DNA of 57,359 bases, taken from NCBI GenBank assembly GCA_944391535.1, contig CALXTY010000002.1:1-57359 (forward strand). Reading direction: 5' to 3'. A model generated the notes under the pieces. The model saw nothing but the letters and a program-made list of their open reading frames with translations. It was not told where the DNA came from and did not search any database. Positions 48,793-57,146 of the stretch are shown here, piece after piece (within the stretch, counting starts at the first letter, position 1; each line of letters begins with the position of its first letter). A program made the position numbers and the translations under genes. Source of the DNA: an uncultured Alphaproteobacteria bacterium. GTDB lineage: Bacteria; Pseudomonadota; Alphaproteobacteria; CAAGCB01; CAG-977.

Positions 48793-48868
48793 GCCTGGGT
48801 AGCTCAGTCGGTAGAGCAGGGGACTGAAAATCCCCGTGTCGGCGGTTCGATTCCGTCCCCAGGCACCA
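48793..48868 (+). tRNA. tRNA-Phe (anticodon GAA), CCA encoded
   Basis: GCCTGGGTAGCTCAGTCGGTAGAGCAGGGGACTGAAAATCCCCGTGTCGGCGGTTCGATTCCGTCCCCAGGCACCA. Confidence 0.92.
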
Positions 48869-48873
48869 TTAAA

Positions 48874-48900
48874 GCCCCTTTGCGGGGCTTTTGCTTTTTT
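48874..48900 (+). terminator. intrinsic terminator after tRNA-Phe
   Basis: GCCCC-TTTGC-GGGGC followed by a T-rich run. Confidence 0.75.
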
Positions 48901-48913
48901 AAAGGCAAAAACA

Positions 48914-49414
48914 GTGAAAAAGATCTTCTTATTTCTTTTTTTAATTTTTACAATCGGCGTTTCTTTGATCATCGGCGCGGAAGAAATTGAAATACGCCGG
49001 TTACAGGAAACAAAAGAAGTCTTAAGCGAAAAATTGCCTCTAGTTTTATTGGTTTCCGAACAGGAAACGTATGAGTTGCATTTATATGATAATGAAGCGG
49101 CGCGTGAGTTGTTGGCTCAATTACCGCAAAAGTTGGTGATGAATCGACGCGGAGATGGTGTATATTACGCTCCGTTATCCAAAAAGATTGAAGTGTCAAA
49201 GGCGACAACGCGTCGAGCTTTTAAACGCGGAGAAGTTGCCTTGTTAATAAAAGGGAATGTTCTTTGTTTACTGTTTGGTCCGACGCCGTTCAGTTTGACA
49301 ACGGATATACCGTTGTTACCTTCGGCAGGTGTTGCTTTAGGGCGCATTAAATCCTTTTCCGGCTTGGATCAATTGCCTTCCGTCGCCGAATTTGAAATAA
49401 AGGTCAAAAGATAA
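48914..49414 (+). CDS. secreted cyclophilin-like-fold protein (tentative)
   Basis: GTG 48914 gives a signal peptide (VKKIFLFLFLIFTIGVSLIIGA). The ORF-track start at 48836 would overlap tRNA-Phe. Pattern ...GEVALLIKGNVLCLLFGPTP resembles the cyclophilin-like family. Confidence 0.4.
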   Translation: MKKIFLFLFLIFTIGVSLIIGAEEIEIRRLQETKEVLSEKLPLVLLVSEQETYELHLYDNEAARELLAQLPQKLVMNRRGDGVYYAPLSKKIEVSKATTRRAFKRGEVALLIKGNVLCLLFGPTPFSLTTDIPLLPSAGVALGRIKSFSGLDQLPSVAEFEIKVKR

Positions 49415-50377
49415 TCACTTTTGTTCGATAGGATCAGATGTTTCAGTGTATTTCGGATCTGTCAGGATTGCGATCAATTCATCTTTAACCGCGGCCGCCT
49501 GATCCAAATCAATTTGGCAGGTGCCAACGTTGGCGTGTCCTCCGCCGCCATATTGCAACAGCAGTTCTCCGATATTAATAATATTTGATCTGTTCAAAAT
49601 GGATTTACCGACAGCATAGACGATTCTCTGACCGTTAATTCGCCACATGGCGTGCATGGAAACGTTTATTTCCGGATATAAGGCATAGATCATAAATCTG
49701 TTTCCGACATAAATGATGTCTTCATTTAGAATGTCGATATAGGCCAGATTTTTATAGAGGGTAGTTTGTCTTTTCAATTGTTCTATGAATTTGTCTTGCT
49801 GAGAAAAATACAGATCGACTCTTTCTTTGACATCGGGCATTTCCAAGACTTCGGCAGGATCATGTTCTCGGCAAAAATCGATCAGGTTCATCATCAACTG
49901 ATAATTAGAGATTCTGAAGTTGTGGAATCTGCCTAATCCCGTTCGGGAATCCATGATAAAGCTCAGAAGAGTCCAACCGGTCGGGTGCATAATATCATCA
50001 ATAGTATAGTCTGCGCAATCCGCTTTATCGACGGCAGCCATCATTTCTTCGGAGATATTTTTAAATCTGTCTTTACCCCCGAAGGTATCCCAAACGACTC
50101 TGGCGGCGGAAGGGGCATTGGGATCAAGATAGCTGTTGCTTTTTTTTCCGACGCGCGCCATTTCGCTGATATGGTGGTCAAAGACGTAGGACGCCGATTT
50201 GGAATAAGGCAGATTAGTGATGATATCGCCTTGTTGAATATCGACCAGGCCGTCTTGGACGTCTTTCGGATGAACGAATTTAATTTCGTCAATCAAGTCG
50301 AGTTCTTTTAATAAGATGGCGCAGACCAAGCCATCGAAATCGCTGCGCGTAACCAAGCGGAATCTATCGTCAACCAT
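49415..50377 (-). CDS. DHH/DHHA1 family phosphoesterase (NrnA/exopolyphosphatase-like), paralog 2
   Basis: Motifs DFDGLVCA, FDHHIS and GGGGHANVGTC. Confidence 0.65.
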   Translation of the reverse strand: MVDDRFRLVTRSDFDGLVCAILLKELDLIDEIKFVHPKDVQDGLVDIQQGDIITNLPYSKSASYVFDHHISEMARVGKKSNSYLDPNAPSAARVVWDTFGGKDRFKNISEEMMAAVDKADCADYTIDDIMHPTGWTLLSFIMDSRTGLGRFHNFRISNYQLMMNLIDFCREHDPAEVLEMPDVKERVDLYFSQQDKFIEQLKRQTTLYKNLAYIDILNEDIIYVGNRFMIYALYPEINVSMHAMWRINGQRIVYAVGKSILNRSNIINIGELLLQYGGGGHANVGTCQIDLDQAAAVKDELIAILTDPKYTETSDPIEQK

Positions 50378-50392
50378 AGTAGAACCTTAAAA

Positions 50393-51319
50393 TTAAACGT
50401 CTTGAACCATCGCGGTAATAATTTCTTCGCGGATTTTGTCCGCCTGATTAACAGGGACTTGGCAAGTTCCCGCGGCGATATGCCCTCCACCGCCGTATTG
50501 CAACATAAATTCCCCGATATTCATTTTAGATGTGCGGTTAAAGATTGATTTTCCTGCGGCGAAGACAACGTTTCTTTTGTTTTTTCCCCATATTTCATGG
50601 ACGGAAATATTGATTTGCGGATACAAAGCGTAAACCATAAACCTGTTGCCGGCGTAAATGGTTTCTTCGTCGCGCAAATAGATATGCGCGGCGGTTTTAT
50701 GGATTCGCGTGCAACGTTTTAATTGTGCAACAAATTGATCTTTGTGTTCGAAATACAGATTGACGCGTTCTTTGACGTCTTCGTCTTCAAGGATTTCTTC
50801 GACGCTGTGAGTCCGGCACAAATCAACCAGTTTCATCATCAAGGCGTAGTTTGTGATGCGGAAATTTTTGAATCGTCCGAGACCTGTTCTGGCGTCCATG
50901 ATAAAAGCCAACAAGATCCACCCGGTCGGGTTAATGATTTGGTCTTTTGTGTATTTTGCGGAATCGGCGACATCAACGGCTTCCATTAAGGAAGAAGGAA
51001 TATTTTTAAATCGACCTTCTGCGCCGTAATATTCATAGACGACGCGAGCCGCCGACGGAGAGTTTGGATAAACGATATGATTAGGGGGGCTGATAACACG
51101 GGATAATTCGCTGATATGATGATCGAAAGCGATGTAAACACCGTCAACGTACGGCAAGTTGGCAGTGATATCCATATCAGTGATGGATATTCGTCCGTCT
51201 TGCATATCTTTGGGGTGGACGAAGCGGATTTCATCAATGATATCCAGTTCTTTGAGCAAAGCCGCGCAGACCAACCCGTCAAAATCGCTGCGTGTCAACA
51301 GCCGTTTTTTTGCTAGCAT
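50393..51319 (-). CDS. DHH/DHHA1 family phosphoesterase, paralog 1
   Basis: Motifs DFDGLVCA, FDHHIS and GGGGHIAAGTC. Collinear similarity to the downstream paralog. Confidence 0.65.
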   Translation of the reverse strand: MLAKKRLLTRSDFDGLVCAALLKELDIIDEIRFVHPKDMQDGRISITDMDITANLPYVDGVYIAFDHHISELSRVISPPNHIVYPNSPSAARVVYEYYGAEGRFKNIPSSLMEAVDVADSAKYTKDQIINPTGWILLAFIMDARTGLGRFKNFRITNYALMMKLVDLCRTHSVEEILEDEDVKERVNLYFEHKDQFVAQLKRCTRIHKTAAHIYLRDEETIYAGNRFMVYALYPQINISVHEIWGKNKRNVVFAAGKSIFNRTSKMNIGEFMLQYGGGGHIAAGTCQVPVNQADKIREEIITAMVQDV

Positions 51320-51479
51320 TAAAAACTCCTTAAAAGTATCCCTTTGGATTAGGATAATCGAAAATAATACACAAAATCAACCAATGCTTTAAGGAAATGA
51401 AAAAAAACGTTTTCTTTATTGAACATCATTTGTTTTTCATAGATGATGAAGATTGGTTAAAGAGTAAAAGGTCTCAATA

Positions 51480-51797
51480 ATGTTCATCAGGAAGACATTA
51501 TTTTTCAGTGGCATTTTAATACTTAGCGCCTGTGCGCCGTTTGTGGATTCCAGACGTGAAGCGGGTTTTACGCGCACGATTGGGGAATCGACGTCGGATC
51601 GTGTTGCGATTTGTTACAATCCGTATTCAACGAACGCCAATGAAATCATCAAGATGGCGCAAGAGGAGTGTGAAAAGACGGACAGAGAAGCCGCGTACGA
51701 CGGTCATAAGTATTGGTCTTGTCGTGTTTTTTTGCCGCATCGCGTTTATTTTCGGTGTCAGGCTAAGCCGAAAGAAGAAAAGACGGAACAATTATGA
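51480..51797 (+). CDS. small lipoprotein, function unknown
   Basis: Lipobox LSAC (MFIRKTLFFSGILILSACAP). Confidence 0.5.
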   Translation: MFIRKTLFFSGILILSACAPFVDSRREAGFTRTIGESTSDRVAICYNPYSTNANEIIKMAQEECEKTDREAAYDGHKYWSCRVFLPHRVYFRCQAKPKEEKTEQL

Positions 51798-52639
51798 GTG
51801 TTTTATCCGTTCAATCCAGAGTCGTTGCGGGCTTTGCCGGAAATTCGACAGCTGTTTTTTGTTTGCAAAGAGCCGGGATTGATTGTTGGGGATTGGACAC
51901 GCTTCAGTATTCGAACCATACGGGATACGCGGGTTTTGGCGGTCGGATTTTTGACGGAGAACAACTGCGAACGGTTTATGACGGATTAAAACGTTATGTC
52001 GGTTTGCAAAAATGTCAGGCGGTTTTGTCAGGATATCTGGGCAGAAAAGAAACGGGCGATCTTGTTTTGGACATTGTCAATGATGTCCGTTTAGCGAATG
52101 CTTCGGCCGTTTATTGTTGCGATCCTGTTTTAGGCGATGATGAAGGCTTGTATGTTTCGCCGGATATTCCGGATTTTATGCGAAATCAGGCGGTTCCGAT
52201 CGCCGATATCATTGTGCCGAATCGATTTGAATTAGGTTTTTTATCTCGGAAGCCGGTCAATGATATGGATCAAATTATTGATGCGGCTCGTTTTTTAATG
52301 GGAAAGGGACGGACACAGATATGCGTCGTCAGCGGCGTTTTTATTCCGGACGGCGTTTTTTCCGTTGCCGTGACGCGTGCGGAAGCTTACGGCGTTTCAA
52401 CGCCGTTGATCGATTGGACGGCGGAAGATACCGGCGGATCGGGCGATATGATGACGGCTTTGTTTTTGGCGCAGTGGATAAAAACGAAAGATGTCGCCGG
52501 ATCTTTATCGCAAGCGGTGTCTTCTTGTTACGGCGTGATTTCTCAAACGGCGCGGCGGCGTTCTCAAGAACTTTGCTTAATCGAGGCGCAACAGGAAATC
52601 GAACGACCGTCTCGGATTTTTACGGCGAATAAAATTTAA
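51794..52639 (+). CDS. pdxY: pyridoxal/pyridoxamine kinase
   Basis: 281 aa with PdxY/PdxK pattern (VLSVQSRVVAGFAGNS, VYCCDPVLGD, TGGSGDMMTA). Confidence 0.8.
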   Translation: MSVLSVQSRVVAGFAGNSTAVFCLQRAGIDCWGLDTLQYSNHTGYAGFGGRIFDGEQLRTVYDGLKRYVGLQKCQAVLSGYLGRKETGDLVLDIVNDVRLANASAVYCCDPVLGDDEGLYVSPDIPDFMRNQAVPIADIIVPNRFELGFLSRKPVNDMDQIIDAARFLMGKGRTQICVVSGVFIPDGVFSVAVTRAEAYGVSTPLIDWTAEDTGGSGDMMTALFLAQWIKTKDVAGSLSQAVSSCYGVISQTARRRSQELCLIEAQQEIERPSRIFTANKI

Positions 52640-52711
52640 TTATTTGCTGGACAGTTTTTCAAAATTTTTGTATATTTTTGTCAATAAATTCTTTTTTTGA
52701 GGTGGACTCTG

Positions 52712-53536
52712 ATGTTGGAAGATAAATTTGTTCATGTAAAACGCGAACGTAAAAAAGGTAAAGGTCGCGGGAACGGCGGTAAAAGGCAACAGCACAATCA
52801 TTCGAACGGGGCTTTTTATGCCGAAGGGCATCACAATCGGGATCAGCGCGAAGGTAATTTTTCGTTTGACACGATTCACGGCTTGAAATTGAAAGAAGTC
52901 GAATATACGGTTCCTTCCAAAGCCGAACGTGTTGCCAAGCGCGCTGAATTTAACGGTGTTCGCGATGAAAACGGAAACGTTGTCGTAGAAGGTGTCCGTT
53001 CCAAGTTTTTAAAGATGTTGGCGCGGGATCACGAAAAGGAATTGATTGAACGTTTGGGGTTGACCGAACGCGACATTCAGGGAATGCGCGAAGGCTACAC
53101 GCCGAACGGTTTTAACGTGCATCATAAACTGGCTTTGCACGGCGGCGGCAAGAATGAGTTTTCGAACTTTATTTTAACGCCGTTATATCCGCATGATCAG
53201 TGGCATCATGATGTTATGGACGCTCAGATTTTGGGGATTCGCGAAGGGGAAACGCGCAAAATCAAAATTCCTTGGACAGATGAAATGATCTATGATCCCA
53301 AACAGTTCGGTTTTACAAAAGAAAATCAACCGGTCAAACCGAACTACACCTCCAATGTCAATCCGGCGAATTATCCCGCATTGTATAAACCGGAACATAT
53401 CAGCGTGGCCAAACGTCAAAAGGACATGGCCGCTTTTTATGCGGAACTTGACGCTAAAAAAGCCGCTCAGCAAAAGACGTCAACTCCTGTCAAGACGGCT
53501 GTTCGTCAGATTGTGCGCAGCAGGCAAAGAGGGTAA
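52712..53536 (+). CDS. HNH-motif nuclease-domain protein with basic N-terminus, function unknown
   Basis: Start at ATG 52712 after GAGGTGG. Motif NVHHKLALHGGGKNEFSNFILTPLYPHDQWHH fits HH..N..N..H HNH spacing. Confidence 0.55.
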   Translation: MLEDKFVHVKRERKKGKGRGNGGKRQQHNHSNGAFYAEGHHNRDQREGNFSFDTIHGLKLKEVEYTVPSKAERVAKRAEFNGVRDENGNVVVEGVRSKFLKMLARDHEKELIERLGLTERDIQGMREGYTPNGFNVHHKLALHGGGKNEFSNFILTPLYPHDQWHHDVMDAQILGIREGETRKIKIPWTDEMIYDPKQFGFTKENQPVKPNYTSNVNPANYPALYKPEHISVAKRQKDMAAFYAELDAKKAAQQKTSTPVKTAVRQIVRSRQRG

Positions 53537-53556
53537 AGACCGTATTTAAATGAAAA

Positions 53557-53590
53557 CGCGGAAACTGTTAGAGTTTCTGCGTTTTTTTTT
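53557..53590 (+). terminator. intrinsic terminator after the HNH gene
   Basis: CGCGGAAAC-TGTTAGA-GTTTCTGCG (one G-U pair) plus T9. Confidence 0.75.
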
Positions 53591-53718
53591 CATAGTCAAC
53601 AAGATTTACGGAGCTTTATTGTGTTGCTGTTTTGTTGAGAGAGTGAAATTTTTGTTGAAAATTTTGTCTAATTTTTATAATTTGTTTTATAAGAAAACAA
53701 TTTTTCAAGAGTTTTGAT

Positions 53719-54456
53719 ATGGTTTGCGAATATAAATTCGTTCATGCCAGACGCGAACATAAAAAAGGATTGGAACCCAAGAAAGTTATTTATACGCCGG
53801 ATCAACAGCTCGGACGCTTTAATTTTGATGAAATACACGGAAGAAATTAAAGAAAGTGGTCTATCAGGTTCCTTCCGGTGCCGAACGTAAAGCCAAACGA
53901 GGGGAATTTCAGGGGCATCACGGCAAAGAAGGAATGCGTTCGAAGTTTTTGAAGATGTTGGCCAAAGACCATGAAAAGCAGTTAAGAGAGCAATTGGGTT
54001 TTACGGATTACGGATGCCGAGATTAATTTGATGAAACAGGGACGTTCGGTTTCGGTGTATAACGTGCATCATAAATTGCCTTTGCACGGCGGCGGCAAGA
54101 ATGAATTTTCGAATTTTATCTTAACGCCGTTATATCCGCATGATCAGTGGTATCATGATGTTTTGGATCCTCAGATTGCCAACTGCATGGGGACGGCTGA
54201 CAGGAAAGAAGTAATGTTGCCGTGGACGGATGAAATGATTTACGATCCGAAGAAATACGGAATAACGAAGAACAATCAAAAAGTGGAACCGAATTACACG
54301 TCTCGAGTTGATTCGAGCAAATATCCGAAAATTTACACGGCGCAACAGGTGGCTGACGTTTCCAAACACAAGCGGGAGCTTGATAAGTTTACCTCAAAGG
54401 ATCAGTCACAAAAAGCGTTTTCGGTTGCTTTGCGCAAGTCGGCCAATCAGCGATAA
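53719..54456 (+). pseudogene. decayed tandem paralog of the HNH-motif gene (three reading-frame pieces)
   Basis: Collinear with 52712-53536 (MVCEYKFVHARREHKKG vs MLEDKFVHVKRERKKG; NVHHKLPLHGGGKNEFSNFILTPLYPHDQWYH). Broken by a 1-nt loss near 53840 and a tandem TTACGGA duplication at 54001-54014. Confidence 0.65.
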
Positions 54457-54488
54457 ATTCGGGGAAAAACGGCTTTTAAAGCTGTTTT

Positions 54489-54992
54489 TTAAAAGGGCAA
54501 GGTATTTTTATAATAGATAACGTCAAGTTTTTCGTCCGGACTGATCGGCACATAATGTTTTGCGAGGGCGTCAAAAGCATTTTCGTCTATTTCCAAAGCG
54601 TTCGGATCGGTGCGCGTTCTGTTCAGGACGCGTTTTTTGGCGGTTTCCATATCGCATTCGATTTGATGAAACAGCAATGAATCGCAGAAAAACTTTGCGC
54701 GATGAACGGCATCGGCTCGGCTTTGTTTTGACCAAAAACCTCTGTCCATGATGACATTCCCACCGGCACAGATAATGCGTTCGGCTAATTTCCAAGTAAA
54801 TTGAGAAACTTTTTCATGCGCTTCGCGAAATTGTTTTTCAGGCAGATTGCGACCGAATAATTCGCACATGAATTCATCATCGTTTAGGACGACGGCATTG
54901 TACTGAATGGCCAGTTTTCGTGCGATTGTTGTTTTTCCGAATCCCATATAACCGCAAAGGAAATGCAATGTTGGCATATTTAGAAAAACCAT
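54489..54992 (-). CDS. P-loop NTPase, AAA_33/small kinase-like
   Basis: Walker A GYMGFGKTT, 167 aa. Confidence 0.55.
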   Translation of the reverse strand: MVFLNMPTLHFLCGYMGFGKTTIARKLAIQYNAVVLNDDEFMCELFGRNLPEKQFREAHEKVSQFTWKLAERIICAGGNVIMDRGFWSKQSRADAVHRAKFFCDSLLFHQIECDMETAKKRVLNRTRTDPNALEIDENAFDALAKHYVPISPDEKLDVIYYKNTLPF

Positions 54993-55189
54993 TGTTGAAC
55001 GGAATAAAAGATTTTATCTAAAAAAGTTTTTATTCCGGCGATATTGAAAAAATACAGAATGGCCAGAATAAGAATAATGCGTATCAGGCATTCTTTTATA
55101 AAAGTAAAAGTTTCCGAGCAGAATCGAACGGTACCTTTAAATAATCCGGGGATAAGTTCGTAGAGCAGATAAAGGAGATAATTTTTCAT
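54980..55189 (-). CDS. small hypothetical membrane protein
   Basis: 69-aa ORF with hydrophobic segments. It overlaps the downstream P-loop gene by 13 nt. Confidence 0.3.
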   Translation of the reverse strand: MKNYLLYLLYELIPGLFKGTVRFCSETFTFIKECLIRIILILAILYFFNIAGIKTFLDKIFYSVQQWFF

Positions 55190-55225
55190 TAGCTCTCATC
55201 GTTTAGCTTAAAGATGACCGATTAT

Positions 55226-55250
55226 AAAAAACCCCCTTGTTCAAGGGGGT
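55226..55250 (-). terminator. intrinsic terminator downstream of tRNA-Met
   Basis: Minus strand: CCCCC-TTGAACAA-GGGGG plus T6. Confidence 0.8.
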
Positions 55251-55258
55251 GTTTAATT

Positions 55259-55335
55259 TGGTAGCGGAGGAGGGATTCGAACCCCCGACACGCGGATTAT
55301 GATTCCGCTGCTCTAACCGACTGAGCTACTCCGCC
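55259..55335 (-). tRNA. tRNA with anticodon CAU (elongator Met, or Ile2 if lysidine-modified), CCA encoded
   Basis: Minus strand GGCGGAGTAGCTCAGTCGGTTAGAGCAGCGGAATCATAATCCGCGTGTCGGGGGTTCGAATCCCTCCTCCGCTACCA. It lacks the initiator features (C1-A72 mismatch, three G-C pairs in the anticodon stem). Confidence 0.85.
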
Positions 55336-55352
55336 ATCAATCACAGAGGTTT

Positions 55353-56069
55353 TTAACGTGTTTTCGCCGGACTGTCAACACGATTTTTTGTGTCGGGTTC
55401 TTTTTTCTGGTTGTTCAGAGCGTTGATTTGCTTTTCCAAGGATTTGACTTGGCTTTTTAAGTCATCGAGAGCTTTCATCATGGGGTCTGTTTTTTCGGCG
55501 GCATAGGCTTCGAAACATTTTTCCGTTTTTTTGCGGCAACGAACGATTTGAGCAGGCACTCCGACGGCGGTGGCCGCATCCGGCACATCTTTTAAAACGA
55601 CGGCATTGGATCCGATTCTGGCATCATCACCGATGACAATGGGACCTAATAATTTTGCGCCGGCGCCGACAATGACGCGATTTTTTAATGTCGGGTGGCG
55701 TTTCCCCTGGCTGGTTGACGTTCCGCCCAAGGTGACGCCGTGGTATAAAGTGACATCGTCTCCGATTTCGGCGGTTTCGCCGATCACGACGCCGGTGGCG
55801 TGATCAATGAACAGATTTTTTCCGATTCGTGCGGCGGGGTGAATATCGACTCCGGTCAAAACACGTCCGAACGCGGAAATAAGTCGAGCCGTTGTAAAAA
55901 AATTTTTTTTCCATAAGTAATGAGCCAGACGGTACAGCATGATTGCGTGAAGCCCCGGATAACAAAGGAAAACTTCGATTTTTGAACGCGCTGCCGGATC
56001 ACGTTGTAAAACGGAATTGGAATATTCGGAAGCTTTTGAAAATAATTCTTTTGTCAGACGCTTGAACAT
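55353..56069 (-). CDS. cysE: serine O-acetyltransferase
   Basis: Left-handed beta-helix hexapeptide repeats ([37 protein letters not shown]). 238 aa. Confidence 0.85.
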   Translation of the reverse strand: MFKRLTKELFSKASEYSNSVLQRDPAARSKIEVFLCYPGLHAIMLYRLAHYLWKKNFFTTARLISAFGRVLTGVDIHPAARIGKNLFIDHATGVVIGETAEIGDDVTLYHGVTLGGTSTSQGKRHPTLKNRVIVGAGAKLLGPIVIGDDARIGSNAVVLKDVPDAATAVGVPAQIVRCRKKTEKCFEAYAAEKTDPMMKALDDLKSQVKSLEKQINALNNQKKEPDTKNRVDSPAKTR

Positions 56070-56136
56070 TGTACCTTCATTTCGCTAATATGAACTTTTC
56101 TACAAGCTTATAACCCACCCTTTGCAAGGTTTCAAT

Positions 56137-56844
56137 ATGCCAGAAATTATTTTTAACGGTCCGGAAGGAAGATTGGAAGGTCGCTATCAACAAGCCAACA
56201 GCGAAGAAGCTCCTTTGGCTTTAATTCTTCACCCGCATCCGCAAATGCCGAACGGAACGATGAATAATCGTGTGACGTATACATTGTTTCAGACATTCAG
56301 CGCGTTGGGCTTTTCTGTTTTAAGGTTTAATTTTCGAGGTGTCGGTCGTTCACAAGGAACTTACGATGAAGGTCAGGGAGAATTGGGTGACGCGGCGGCG
56401 GCTTTGGATTGGCTGCAAATGATGAATCGAAATGCGAAAACGTGTTGGATCGCCGGTTATTCTTTCGGGGCGTGGATCGGTATGCAGCTGTTGATGCGCC
56501 GTCCTGAAATATCCGGTTTTATTTCGGTGGCTCCTCCGGCGAATTCCAAAGATTTTTCTTTTTTGGCGCCTTGTCCGGCCTCCGGTTTGATTATTCACGG
56601 TGCGGAAGACGCTCTTATTCCGGAAGCTTCCGTCGCGGCGTTGGCGGATAAACTGTCAGGACAACGTAACATTCATATCCGTTATGCGATGTTTCCTCAT
56701 GCGGGGCATGATTTTGACAATCATTTAAAAGACATCAGTTTGACGGTACGTGATTATGTGACGGATATCATGACGCGCAAACATAAGAAGTCATTAAAAG
56801 GCAAAGGTGGCAAGAAGATCCGTCCGAAAGAAAAGGAAGCTTAA
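56137..56844 (+). CDS. alpha/beta hydrolase fold protein
   Basis: Nucleophile elbow GYSFGAW and an HG..D late motif. Start taken at ATG 56137 (MPEIIFNGPEGRLEG). Confidence 0.7.
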   Translation: MPEIIFNGPEGRLEGRYQQANSEEAPLALILHPHPQMPNGTMNNRVTYTLFQTFSALGFSVLRFNFRGVGRSQGTYDEGQGELGDAAAALDWLQMMNRNAKTCWIAGYSFGAWIGMQLLMRRPEISGFISVAPPANSKDFSFLAPCPASGLIIHGAEDALIPEASVAALADKLSGQRNIHIRYAMFPHAGHDFDNHLKDISLTVRDYVTDIMTRKHKKSLKGKGGKKIRPKEKEA

Positions 56845-56850
56845 AAAAAA

Positions 56851-56874
56851 CGCCTGAAAAATCAGGCGTTTTTT
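56851..56874 (+). terminator. intrinsic terminator
   Basis: CGCCTGA-AAAA-TCAGGCG plus T6. Confidence 0.85.
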
Positions 56875-56920
56875 GTTTCATCTGGTTTTTATGATCTCTT
56901 TTTGTTAAAATTTGATCAGG

Positions 56921-57119
56921 CGGTTTAAATCAACCGCTCAGGGCGTCAGAAACCCTTTCACGTGTAGTCGCAATGCATAGGGCGACTTTAAATAATTATG
57001 CCGATTTCTGTCTGACGGGCGGATGTCGGCGTTATAAGGCTTTGCGCGAAATCGCCGAGCCGTAAATACGTGTACGGTTTCTGAACATCCGCCTACCTTT
57101 GTTGGGTAGGTTTTTGTTT
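56921..57119 (+). ncRNA. copy 3 of the repeated structured RNA-like leader
   Basis: Aligns with copies 1 and 2. Hairpin CCTACC-TTTGTT-GGGTAGG plus TTTTTGTTT lies 27 nt before ATG 57147. Confidence 0.55.
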
Positions 57120-57146
57120 AACCTAAACAAAAAGGATTGTTCAGAG

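Noticed and set aside
48836-48913. ORF-track start of the 192-aa ORF inside tRNA-Phe and its terminator.
   Set aside because: It would be translated through a tRNA gene and terminator. GTG 48914 gives a clean signal peptide instead.
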